This document shows positions 35,201 to 48,079 of a DNA stretch of 64,000 bases, piece after piece. The position numbers and the translations under genes were made by a program. Source of the stretch: Octopus sinensis (lineage: Eukaryota); NCBI RefSeq assembly GCF_006345805.1, contig NC_043004.1:50344001-50408000 (forward strand), given 5' to 3'. The notes below the pieces were generated by a model. It saw only the letters and a list, made by a program, of their open reading frames with translations. It had not been told where the DNA came from and made no database searches. The first letter of the stretch is position 1, and each line of letters opens with the position of its first letter.

Positions 35201-38200
35201 AAAAAATTTATCTTACTATATTTTTTATTCGTTGTTAATACGTTTATTCATACACTGTTACGAAAATTTAACCTTTTTTAAGATACTTTCAAGCCTTCGC
35301 CATAACTTGATTTATCTTCCTATCTCTCTCTCTACAATATTTAACCGCAGGCTGCCTCAAGCCGTAATCCCATCTTTTTCCCATCTTTCAGTCATTGGCG
35401 GTCTTCTTTTTCTTTTTCCTCCTCTTCTTCTTCATATGCTAAAACTTGAAAACCGCCATTACTATTACTATTACGATTCTGCAATTTAAATTCCCAGTTC
35501 AACTACTTTCTTCTTCAATTTCAACTCCCGCTCGATGACCGCAGCAAGTTCTTAAAAAATTTATCTTACTATATTTTTTATTCGTTGTTAATACGTTTAT
35601 TCATACACTGTTACGAAAATTTAACCTTTTTAAGATACTTTCAAGCCTTCGCCATAACTTGATTTATCTTCCTATCTCTCTCTCTACAATATTTAACCGC
35701 AGGCTGCCTCAAGCCGTAATCCCATCTTTTTCCCATCTTTCAGTCATTGGCGGTCTTCTTTTTTCTTTTTCCTCCTCTTCTTCTTCATATGCTAAAACTT
35801 GAAAACCGCCATTACTATTACTATTACGATTCTGCAATTTAAATTCCCAGTTCAACTACTTTCTTCTTCAATTTCAACTCCCGCTCGATGACCGCAGCAA
35901 GTTCTTAAAAAATTTATCTTACTATATTTTTTATTCGTTGTTAATACGTTTATTCATACACTGTTACGAAAATTTAACCTTTTTTAAGATACTTTCAAGC
36001 CTTCGCCATAACTTGATTTATCTTCCTATCTCTCTCTCTACAATATTTAACCGCAGGCTGCCTCAAGCCGTAATCCCATCTTTTTCCCATCTTTCAGTCA
36101 TTGGCGGTCTTCTTTTTTTTTTCCTCTCTCTTCTTCATATGCTAAAACTTGAAAACCGCCATTACTATTACTATTACGATTCTGCAATTTAAATTCCCAG
36201 TTCAACTACTTTCTTCTTCAATTTCAACTCCCGCTCGATGACCGCAGCAAGTTCTTAAAAATTTATCTTACTATATTTTTTATTCGTTGTTAATACGTTT
36301 ATTCATACACTGTTACGAAAATTTAACCTTTTTTAAGATACTTTCAAGCCTTCGCCATAACTTGATTTATCTTCCTATCTCTCTCTCTACAATATTTAAC
36401 CGCAGGCTGCCTCAAGCCGTAATCCCATCTTTTTCCATCTTTCAGTCATTGGCGGTCTTCTTTTTCTTTTCCTCCTCTTCTTCTTCATATGCTAAAACTT
36501 GAAAACCGCCATTACTATTACTATTACGATTCTGCAATTTAAATTCCCAGTTCAACTACTTTCTTCTTCAATTTCAACTCCCGCTCGATGACCGCAGCAA
36601 GTTCTTAAAAAATTTATCTTACTATATTTTTTATTCGTTGTTAATACGTTTATTCATACACTGTTACGAAAATTTAACTTTTTTAAGATACTTTCAAGCC
36701 TTCGCCATAACTTGATTTATCTTCCTATCTCTCTCTCTACAATATTTAACCGCAGGCTGCCTCAAGCCGTAATCCCATCTTTTTCCCATCTTTCAGTCAT
36801 TGGCGGTCTTCTTTTTTTTTTCCTCCTCTTTTCTATCTTATATGCTAAAACTTGAAAACCGCCATTACTATTACTATTACGATTCTGCAATTTAAATTCC
36901 CAGTTCAACTACTTTCTTCTTCAATTTCAACTCCCGCTCGATGACCGCAGCAAGTTCTTAAAAAATTTATCTTACTATATTTTTTATTCGTTGTTAATAC
37001 GTTTATTCATACACTGTTACGAAAATTTAACCTTTTTAAGATACTTTCAAGCCTTCGCCATAACTTGATTTATCTTCCTATCTCTCTCTCTACAATATTT
37101 AACCGCAGGCTGCCTCAAGCCGTAATCCCATCTTTTTCCCATCTTTCAGTCATTGGCGGTCTTCTTTTTTCTTTTTCCTCTTCTTCTTCATATGCTAAAA
37201 CTTGAAAACCGCCATTACTATTACTATTACGATTCTGCAATTTAAATTCCCAGTTCAACTACTTTCTTCTTCAATTTCAACTCCCGCTCGATGACCGCAG
37301 CAAGTTCTTAAAAAATTTATCTTACTATATTTTTTATTCGTTGTTAATACGTTTATTCATACACTGTTACGAAAATTTAACCTTTTTAAGATACTTTCAA
37401 GCCTTCGCCATAACTTGATTTATCTTCCTATCTCTCTCTCTACAATATTTAACCGCAGGCTGCCTCAAGCCGTAATCCCATCTTTTTCCCATCTTTCAGT
37501 CATTGGCGGTCTTTTTTTTCTTTTTCCTCCTCTTCTTCTTCATATGCTAAAACTTGAAAACCGCCATTACTATTACTATTACGATTCTGCAATTTAAATT
37601 CCCAGTTCAACTACTTTCTTCTTCAATTTCAACTCCCGCTCGATGACCGCAGCAAGTTCTTAAAAAATTATCTTACTATTTTTTTTATTCGTTGTTAATA
37701 CGTTTATTCATACACTGTTACGAAAATTTAACCTTTTTTAAGATACTTTCAAGCCTTCGCCATAACTTGATTTATCTTCCTATCTCTCTCTCTACAATAT
37801 TTAACCGCAGGCTGCCTCAAGCCGTAATCCCATCTTTTTCCCATCTTTCAGTCATTGGCGGTCTTCTTTTTTCTTTTTCCTCCTCTTCTTCTTCATATGC
37901 TAAAACTTGAAAACCGCCATTACTATTACTATTACGATTCTGCAATTTAAATTCCCAGTTCAACTACTTTCTTCTTCAATTTCAACTCCCGCTCGATGAC
38001 CGCAGCAAGTTCTTAAAAAATTTATCTTACTATATTTTTTATTCGTTGTTAATACGTTTATTCATACACTGTTACGAAAATTTAACCTTTTTTAAGATAC
38101 TTTCAAGCCTTCGCCATAACTTGATTTATCTTCCTATCTCTCTCTCTACAATATTTAACCGCAGGCTGCCTCAAGCCGTAATCCCATCTTTTTCCCATCT

Positions 38201-41200
38201 TTCAGTCATTGGCGGTCTTCTTTTTTCTTTTTCCTCCTCTTCTTCTTCATATGCTAAAACTTGAAAACCGCCATTACTATTACTATTACGATTCTGCATT
38301 TTAAATTCCCAGTTCAACTACTTTCTTCTTCAATTTCAACTCCCGCTCGATGACCGCAGCAAGTTCTTAAAAAATTATCTTACTATATTTTTTATTCGTT
38401 GTTAATACGTTTATTCATACACTGTTACGAAAATTTAACCTTTTTTAAGATACTTTCAAGCCTTCGCCATAACTTGATTTATCTTCCTATCTCTCTCTCT
38501 ACAATATTTAACCGCAGGCTGCCTCAAGCCGTAATCCCATCTTTTTCCCATCTTTCAGTCATTGGCGGTCTTCTTTTTCTTTTTCCTCCTCTTCTTCTTC
38601 ATATGCTAAAACTTGAAAACCGCCATTACTATTACTATTACGATTCTGCAATTTAAATTCCCAGTTCAACTACTTTCTTCTTCAATTTCAACTCCCGCTC
38701 GATGACCGCAGCAAGTTCTTAAAAAATTTATCTTACTATATTTTTTATTCGTTGTTAATACGTTTATTCATACACTGTTACGAAAATTTAACCTTTTTTA
38801 AGATACTTTCAAGCCTTCGCCATAACTTGATTTATCTTCCTATCTCTCTCTCTACAATATTTAACCGCAGGCTGCCTCAAGCCGTAATCCCATCTTTTTC
38901 CCATCTTTCAGTCATTGGCGGTCTTCTTTTTTTCTTTTCCTCCTCTCTTCTTCATATGCTAAAACTTGAAAACCGCCATTACTATTACTATACGATTCTG
39001 CAATTTAAATTCCCAGTTCAACTACTTTCTTCTTCAATTTCAACTCCCGCTCGATGACCGCAGCAAGTTCTTAAAAAATTTATCTTACTATATTTTTTAT
39101 TCGTTGTTAATACGTTTATTCATACACTGTTACGAAAATTTAACCTTTTTTAAGATACTTTCAAGCCTTCGCCATAACTTGATTTATCTTCCTATCTCTC
39201 TCTCTACAATATTTAACCGCAGGCTGCCTCAAGCCGTAATCCCATCTTTTTCCCATCTTTCAGTCATTGGCGGTCTTCTTTTTTCTTTTTCCTCCTTCTT
39301 CTTCATATGCTAAAACTTGAAAACCGCCATTACTATTACTATTACGATTCTGCAATTTAAATTCCCAGTTCAACTACTTTCTTCTTCAATTTCAACTCCC
39401 GCTCGATGACCGCAGCAAGTTCTTAAAAAATTTATCTTACTATATTTTTTATTCGTTGTTAATACGTTTATTCATACACTGTTACGAAAATTTAACCTTT
39501 TTAAGATACTTTCAAGCCTTCGCCATAACTTGATTTATCTTCCTATCTCTCTCTCTACAATATTTAACCGCAGGCTGCCTCAAGCCGTAATCCCATCTTT
39601 TTCCCATCTTTCAGTCATTGGCGGTCTTCTTTTTTCTTTTTCCTCTCTTCTTCTTCATATGCTAAAACTTGAAAACCGCCATTACTATTACTATTACGAT
39701 TCTGCAATTTAAATTCCCAGTTCAACTACTTTCTTCTTCAATTTCAACTCCCGCTCGATGACCGCAGCAAGTTCTTAAAAAATTTATCTTACTATATTTT
39801 TTATTCGTTGTTAATACGTTTATTCATACACTGTTACGAAAATTTAACCTTTTTTAAGATACTTTCAAGCCTTCGCCATAACTTGATTTATCTTCCTATC
39901 TCTCTCTCTACAATATTTAACCGCAGGCTGCCTCAAGCCGTAATCCCATCTTTTTCCATCTTTCAGTCATTGGCGGTCTTCTTTTTTCTTTTCCTCCTCT
40001 TCTTCTTCATATGCTAAAACTTGAAAACCGCCATTACTATTACTATTACGATTCTGCAATTTAAATTCCCAGTTCAACTACTTTCTTCTTCAATTTCAAC
40101 TCCCGCTCGATGACCGCAGCAAGTTCTTAAAAAATTTATCTTTATATTTTTTATTCGTTGTTAATACGTTTATTCATACACTGTTACGAAAATTTAACCT
40201 TTTTAAGATACTTTCAAGCCTTCGCCATAACTTGATTTATCTTCCTATCTCTCTCTCTACAATATTTAACCGCAGGCTGCCTCAAGCCGTAATCCCATCT
40301 TTTTCCCATCTTTCAGTCATTGGCGGTCTTCTTTTTCTTTTTCCTCCTCTTCTTCTTCATATGCTAAAACTTGAAAACCGCCATTACTATTACTATTACG
40401 ATTCTGCAATTTAAATTCCCAGTTCAACTACTTTCTTCTTCAATTTCAACTCCCGCTCGATGACCGCAGCAAGTTCTTAAAAAATTTATCTTACTATATT
40501 TTTTATTCGTTGTTAATACGTTTATTCATACACTGTTACGAAAATTTAACCTTTTTTAAGATACTTTCAAGCCTTCGCCATAACTTGATTTATCTTCCTA
40601 TCTCTCTCTCTACAATATTTAACCGCAGGCTGCCTCAAGCCGTAATCCCATCTTTTTCCCATCTTTCAGTCATTGGCGGTCTTCTTTTTCTTTTTCCTCC
40701 TCTTCTTCTTCATATGCTAAAACTTGAAAACCGCCATTACTATTACTATTACGATTCTGCAATTTAAATTCCCAGTTCAACTACTTTCTTCTTCAATTTC
40801 AACTCCCGCTCGATGACCGCAGCAAGTTCTTAAAAAATTTATCTTACTATATTTTTTATTCGTTGTTAATACGTTTATTCATACACTGTTACGAAAATTT
40901 AACCTTTTTTAAGATACTTTCAAGCCTTCGCCATAACTTGATTTATCTTCCTATCTCTCTCTCTACAATATTTAACCGCAGGCTGCCTCAAGCCGTAATC
41001 CCATCTTTTTCCCATCTTTCAGTCATTGGCGGTCTTCTTTTTTCTTTTTCCTCCTCTTCTTCTCATATGCTAAAACTTGAAAACCGCCATTACTATTACT
41101 ATTACGATTCTGCAATTTAAATTCCCAGTTCAACTACTTTCTTCTTCAATTTCAACTCCCGCTCGATGACCGCAGCAAGTTCTTAAAAAATTTATCTTAC

Positions 41201-42445
41201 TATATTTTTTATTCGTTGTTAATACGTTTATTCATACACTGTTACGAAAATTTAACCTTTTTTAAGATACTTTCAAGCCTTCGCCATAACTTGATTTATC
41301 TTCCTATCTCTCTCTCTACAATATTTAACCGCAGGCTGCCTCAAGCCGTAATCCCATCTTTTTCCCATCTTTCAGTCATTGGCGGTCTTCTTTTTTCTTT
41401 TTCCTCCTCTTCTTCTTCATATGCTAAAACTTGAAAACCGCCATTACTATTACTATTACGATTCTGCAATTTAAATTCCCAGTTCAACTACTTTCTTCTT
41501 CAATTTCAACTCCCGCTCGATGACCGCAGCAAGTTCTTAAAAAATTTATCTTACTATATTTTTTATTCGTTGTTAATACGTTTATTCATACACTGTTACG
41601 AAAATTTAACCTTTTTTAAGATACTTTCAAGCCTTCGCCATAACTTGATTTATCTTCCTATCTCTCTCTCTACAATATTTAACCGCAGGCTGCCTCAAGC
41701 CGTAATCCCATCTTTTTCCCATCTTTCAGTCATTGGCGGTCTTCTTTTTCTTTTTCCTCCTCTTCTTCTTCATATGCTAAAACTTGAAAACCGCCATTAC
41801 TATTACTATTACGATTCTGCAATTTAAATTCCCAGTTCAACTACTTTCTTCTTCAATTTCAACTCCCGCTCGATGACCGCAGCAAGTTCTTAAAAAATTT
41901 ATCTTACTATATTTTTTATTCGTTGTTAATACGTTTATTCATACACTGTTACGAAAATTTAACCTTTTTTAAGATACTTTCAAGCCTTCGCCATAACTTG
42001 ATTTATCTTCCTATCTCTCTCTCTACAATATTTAACCGCAGGCTGCCTCAAGCCGTAATCCCATCTTTTTCCCATCTTTCAGTCATTGGCGGTCTTCTTT
42101 TTTCTTTTTCCTCCTTCTTCTTCATATGCTAAAACTTGAAAACCGCCATTACTATTACTATTACGATTCTGCAATTTAAATTCCCAGTTCAACTTACTTT
42201 CTTCTTCAATTTCAACTCCCGCTCGATGACCGCAGCAAGTTCTTAAAAATTTATCTTACTATATTTTTTATTCGTTGTTAATACGTTTATTCATACACTG
42301 TTACGAAAATTTAACCTTTTTTAAGATACTTTCAAGCCTTCGCCATAACTTGATTTATCTTCCTATCTCTCTCTCTACAATATTTAACCGCAGGCTGCCT
42401 CAAGCCGTAATCCCATCTTTTTCCCATCTTTCAGTCATTGGCGGT
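32232..42445. repeat. Tandem array of 29 copies of a ~352-bp unit (10.2 kb)
   Basis: The landmark ttgttaatacg recurs 29 times from ~32415 to 42275 at ~352-bp spacing. Units differ almost only in homopolymer or short-repeat length. Confidence 0.97.
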
Positions 42446-42930
42446 GCGCCCGCCCCCCACCCCCACCACCAATACCGTTGAACACTGTTCTCACCCCCAC
42501 CACCAATACCGTTGAACACTGTTCTCACCCCCCCCACCACCAATACCAGTATACCCCGTTCTCTCTATCTACACCGGATACACCTTACTCATCTACACTG
42601 GGTACGCCCTACTCCCTCCTCCTCCTCCCACTACCACTTCTCCTCATATGCTTAAGACAAGCTGCTAGCGCCATAGCTCATCAACTGCCCACCGATCTTA
42701 CGCTTCCTCCTGACACTGCCTCAATCCGACCATCCCCTTTAGTACCTCCCGCCTCGTCACCTACCAATTCTAAGTACCCCCCTACCATTCTAAGTACCCC
42801 CCCCTACCCATTCTAAGTACCCCGGATCCCACCCCCCTACCCATTCTAAGTACCCCCTACCCATTCTAAATACCCCGGATCCCCAAAGTACCCCGGATCC
42901 CCAAAATACCCCAGTCCCCAAAGTACCCCG
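42446..42930. repeat. C-rich degenerate tract with short tandem duplications
   Basis: ccccaccaccaataccgttgaacactgttctca twice, attctaagtacccc several times and cccggatcccc repeats. Confidence 0.7.
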
Positions 42931-42932
42931 GA

Positions 42933-43198
42933 CCTCGTTGCCCCCGTGCCGCTGACACGTTAAAATGCTCGAATCCGATCGTGACGATGCCGGACCCTCC
43001 GGCCCCTGTGCAGGTGGCACGTAAAAAGCACCCAATCCACTCACGGAGTGGTTGGCGTTAGGAAGGGCATCCAGCCGTAGAAACTCTGCCAGATTCAGAC
43101 TGGAGCCTGGAGCGGCCCCTGGCTTCCCAGACCCGGTCAAACCGTCCAACCCGTGCTAGCGCGGAAAGCGGACGTTAAACGATGATGATGATGATGAT
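42933..43198 (+). mobile_element. RTE-type 3'UTR/tail with (GAT)n
   Basis: tggcacgtaaaaagcacc...gagtggttggcgttaggaagggcatccagccgtagaaa...gatgatgatgatgat, as at 2580-2772. Confidence 0.8.
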
Positions 43199-43204
43199 AT
43201 ATTA

Positions 43205-43536
43205 GTACGTTTATATATTTGTTGTGCAAGATTTTTTATGGGAAGTCGTGTGTTGAAACAGATATTGTTATATTTCAGAATGGTCATTTTGCCAGTTTAG
43301 CCAATAAAAACACACGCACTATATATTTGGTGTTATTTTGCTTCAGTGTTATTTATTTTTTACATTAATCTTAATCTTATTTCAGCCACAGGAGTGTGAC
43401 GAAAGAACTCTGGCCGAAATAAGATTAAGATTAATGTAAAAAATAAATAACACTGAAGCAAAATAACACCAAATATATAGTACATGTGTTTTTATTGGCT
43501 AAACTGGCAAAATGACCATTCCGAAAATAACAATAT
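43205..43536. repeat. Fold-back element with ~127-bp inverted arms
   Basis: 43262-43388 is the reverse complement of 43411-43536 with few mismatches. Confidence 0.9.
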
Positions 43537-43564
43537 ATATATATTATTTCTTAATATCTTCAAC

Positions 43565-43597
<33 letters not shown>

Positions 43598-43705
43598 ATT
43601 GAAGATATTAAGAAATTTCACCTGAGTATAATTATTTTAAAAAACAAAAATAAGAAAATGCTTTGGGTACTTTATCATGGATAAAAGTAAGCATTTACAA
43701 TTTTA

Positions 43706-44003
43706 TCAAAATGTGGTACTAGTTTCAATCTTTCTGAAAGACAATTTGGTCATGTTGGAAGAAAAGGTGAAAGTAACTGAAATAAATAAAAATGAAATCA
43801 ACTTTTTATGATATCGGTTCTGGAAGTTCAGTGTTTTCCTTGTAAAATTTACATGGTACTCATAATTGGTTTCCTTAGCAGCCATCAGAAAGAAACCAAC
43901 TACCATCATCATGTAAATTTCACAAGAAAAACATGCTATTTATTTCTCTTTTTTATTTCAGCAATCATCTTTTAAAACGAATTACACTAGTACCATATTT
44001 TGA
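43706..44003. mobile_element. MITE-like element with 18-bp terminal inverted repeats
   Basis: tcaaaatgtggtactagt (43706-43723) and actagtaccatattttga (43986-44003), 17/18 match. Confidence 0.55.
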
Positions 44004-44026
44004 AAAAACGCAAATTCTCTCTATTA

Positions 44027-44426
44027 TCTTTATATATAAAAGTAAGGTTGTGTGCTGTCTGTCTCCTACGATTTAGATTCCTAACTACTCCCACATTTTG
44101 CGGTGCAGTTTAACCAAAACCGGATATCTTATAGTCGTGATTCATATCAAGCCCTTCTGGGTATTAGCGCGCGTCTACGATGAGTCTACGATTTAAAAAA
44201 AAATTTACCATCAATTTTTCCCATTTTTAATGCATTTTTGGCATATATAAGGGAAGTAACTCTCTAAAAATTTATTATTAAATCTCAGAATGTAAAAAGC
44301 TACAGTAACACCCACCCCCCCTTTGTGGTTAGCCATATTGAGATGGCTATTATACTTTACATCTCTAAAAATGCTTATATAGTTATTTCCCTTACAAACC
44401 CGAGCAACGCTGGGCGATACTGCTAG
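44027..44426 (+). mobile_element. Complete non-autonomous Helitron (400 bp)
   Basis: Starts TC after an A. Ends with the hairpin cccgagcaacgctggg then CTAG before a T (A^T target). An internal piece recurs at ~63551-63612. Confidence 0.85.
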
Positions 44427-44659
44427 TAAATTATAAAATTCTCAAAGCTTTTTGTTTTTGTTTTTTTTAATATATGTGTGTTTGTGTATATATGTGTGTT
44501 TGTGTACAGGATACACTTCTTGGATTAACTACAATTCTTCAACAGAGGTGTTTTGAATCCAGGCATCTTCAGTCAACCAACAAACTAGGATGGTTCAGAT
44601 CCTGACTTACACCCCTGCAGAAACAGTGTCTGTTTGTCTGTCTGCCTATTTATCTGCTG

Positions 44660-46065
44660 TGGGCACTTTTACGTAGTATCAATACCAGTGATTTTACATG
44701 GCACTGGCATGGTTGCCTTTATGTAGCATTGGCATGAATGCTTTTATGTGGTATCAGCGCAAGTGCTTTCTGTGTGACACCCACACCCATGATCCCTCAA
44801 GGGAAGGGCCTCTCAGCTGAGAGAGGTACATAGAGGACATACCTGTATGTATGGACAGCCACAGTTTTAGCTTGATGTGTCTTCTTAAGCATGGCAAACT
44901 ATCGGAAGTCTCAGTCCCTTGTCATCTCTCTGAGGCCCAACATCTGAAGATTCTTTCTCACTACTTCATACCACATCTTTTTGAATCTACCTCTTTCACA
45001 AGTTCCCTCCACAATTTGAGATTGGTACTTCTTTATGCAGCTGCCTACATCCATACGCATCACATGACCATACCAGTGCAGTCTTCTCTCTTGCACACTA
45101 CAAATGATGTCTCTTATGCCCAATTTTTTTCTTAAACCATTTACGCTCTGTTGTACTTGTACATGCACACTGATCTTCAGCAGAACATGCTGGCTCCATT
45201 TCTTTCAAGCTTTTCACATACCCCCTGTAGTCATAGCCCATGTTTTACTGCCATATAACATAGCTGTATGTACACAGGTATCATACAATTTCCTTTCACT
45301 CTTATGAGAAGCCCTTTGTTACAAATAAAGGTAGCAGCTCTCTGAACTTTGCCCAGCCTGTTCTTATTCTAGCAACTACACACTCAGAACTTCCTCCTCC
45401 ACTGCTAACTTGGTCACCTAAGTAATGGAAACCATCTATTACTTTTAAGGATCCTCCCAGACATTTAAAGGAGTTTATTTTCTGCACATTCCTCGTGTTT
45501 AATGTACCTCCACATCTGCCACACACAAAGACTGCTTTGTCTGTTAACCTTCTCGTGAAACCGTTGCTCCTCTTATGTGTCCATAGCTTGCACTGGGTGC
45601 ACCCTATTGAGTTTCTACCAACACCTTTCCTACATAATGAGCAGGGCCAGCTTCCTGAAGGGATCTGAGATTTGTCTGTTATCCTACTTACTAGGACTTT
45701 AGTCTTAACTAAATTAACTCTAGGCCCTTAGATTCCAGACCTTGCTTCCACACCTGAAATTTCCTCTGTAGTTCAGGCAGTGGTTCAGTTATTTAAGATT
45801 GGCTGCCCTTTGGAGCTCCTCTATGCTTTGGAGCATAGAGAAGCTCCAAAGGGCAGCCTTTGTTATGGCCTGGAGGACTATGATAAATAGGAGGGAGCTG
45901 ACTCTCTTTTGGACAACTTGATTAAGTATATGGGTGACTAGGCCATATGCCACTCCACCAGATATCCGAAGCATCCCAGCAGTGATTCCTGTAGGGCTGT
46001 GTGCTTTCCCTCTTTCCCTATCCTTAATTGCTTTATCTACCAAGCTACTGTCGATTCAGATTACT
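44660..46065 (-). mobile_element. RTE-clade LINE, decayed RT/C-terminus and 3'UTR
   Basis: GFHYLGDQVSSGGGSSECVVARIRTGWAKFRELLPL and RRLHWYGHVMRMD...GRFKKMWYEVVRK. Degenerate cacataaaagca-type repeats in the UTR. Confidence 0.85.
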
Positions 46066-48079
46066 GGTCCCTCTGTTACTGATGTTAGTGTGTTTACATC
46101 CCTGTAACTTAGTGGTCGATTTCTTCAACTAAAACCCATTAAGATGGTGCTCCATTGTGACTGCAGTCAAATGACTGAAACAAGCAAAAGAATGTAACTA
46201 TACTTAAATTATGACCATTATTCATAATGACAGCATTGAATGAGTTGGAAGACCTGCCACGGTCACAGACCTTAGACCCCTCTTCATTCTTTGTACCATA
46301 CACATCAGAATAATTGTTGTGGTGTTGTACACTCTTGGACACTCCTCCTAACATCAATTATTCTACAGAGAGAACTGGGTGGTTTTTGTGGAATCAAACT
46401 TTTGTGAGTCACATTGCAGTTTGCAAAGTGAAAAAGGGCTCCCATGATGACTGGAATAGATTTATTGTGAGAGGTGGCAGTAGAGAGAATAACAAAGGGA
46501 ACAGCATTATGGTAAAAGTAACAGAGACAGAGAGTAGGAGATGATGAGATATTTTAAGTGGGTCATCCTGCTAATAAAAGCACATGCATTGGTTGTAGTT
46601 TGCTATTTTATTATTATATGGCTGAATGGGGGGAAAAGTTTAAAAAAACAAAAACTACAACTTGTGTGTGTGTTTTATTGACAAAATGACCCTCCCAAAA
46701 CATAGCAGTAATATTGGATTTTATACATTCCAACAGTAGCATAGTTTTTAAAAGCACCAGAATCTACTGAGACCGATCAAAATTTTGAAAAACCCCAATG
46801 TTATGAGGTCTCTTTAGTCCTGTCTTGCTGAGGATTTATCAGCCTTGGTGCTATGAGAAAATACACAGAGTTTGAGAAAATACCCACAATTTGGTAATTG
46901 GAAGGGTGTCTAGCTATAGAAATCAATCCAAATGAGAAATACGAGCTCCAGCCTATGAAAGCTGCAGTAATAATAATGATGATGGTAAGGTTGGTGATAG
47001 TGGTGATGTTGATAACAATAATAATGATAATGATGATAGTTGTGGTGATGATGACAATGATAATAATAATGATAACCATCTTTGTACATAAAACCTATAC
47101 ACGAGACAGGGACCAACTTCTAAACTGAGTTTCAATATTTAAATACAGAAGGGAGCTATAAAATAATATTATGAAGACAAGGCATGTATGTATAATTTTA
47201 TGTACACATCTCCATTAACAGCATAGATCCATGCACAGGAGGAAGCTATATAGATTATGTATGTTTATTTTAGCATATATATCTTGATACTTTCCATGTG
47301 TCATTTTGTTTGAGAAACTTACACGCACACACACACACACACACACACATATGCATATACATACATAAATATATTTATATATACATATAAGTATGTGTGT
47401 GTATATATATATATATATATATTTACATATACATACACACACACACACACATGCATATCTAGCTATGTATACACACACATAGTCATAAGATGAATAGTGT
47501 GATGAGTAGATTGGCTGAATATAGCCTATATATATATATATATTAAGGTCTTCAGTTTTCCATAGTCTGATAGTTAAAGTGAATAAACATTTGCAGCTCC
47601 AAGGGAATGCCATTAGTTGGCAACAAATGTCATAGGCGTCATCACTGTCAGACTTGGCATATGTTTTAACTGGTGTCGTTTTATATGCAAACTTGCAGAT
47701 ATATTCACTACTGTTACGATGGCTTTAATTATTGGGTCAATGAAACCATATTTAGCATGATGTAATTTAGATAAGTTGCATATATTATTCTTTATACATA
47801 AACATATTGAGCAAACACATACACATAGTCATGCTTGCAGACACACACCTACACAGTCACATACACACACACATAAAAATATGTATTTGTTGTGTGTCTC
47901 TGTGTATGTGTATCATTGTCATCATCGTTTTATATCCACTCTTTCAAGCTGGTTTAGGCTGTTGGATCATCGTATTAGAAATATATGTGTGTGTATATAC
48001 AGAGTGCAATTTTATATTTTATATTTGCCATTTTATATTTTTAATTTCGTGTATGTGCATTGTTTGTTTTTGATTTTGT

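Noticed and set aside
32232-42445. CRISPR array, tandem RNA-gene cluster or ribozyme array
   Set aside because: There are no variable spacers and the context is eukaryotic. No tRNA/5S/snRNA boxes and no complete HHR, HDV or twister core could be folded by eye; tcgatga and ctcaagcc are only partial matches.
32765-42481. Repeated ORFs 'MLIRLFIHCYENLTFF...' in the array
   Set aside because: They start at TTG, reading frames change with homopolymer indels, and there is no homology or codon signal. They are by-products of the repeat.
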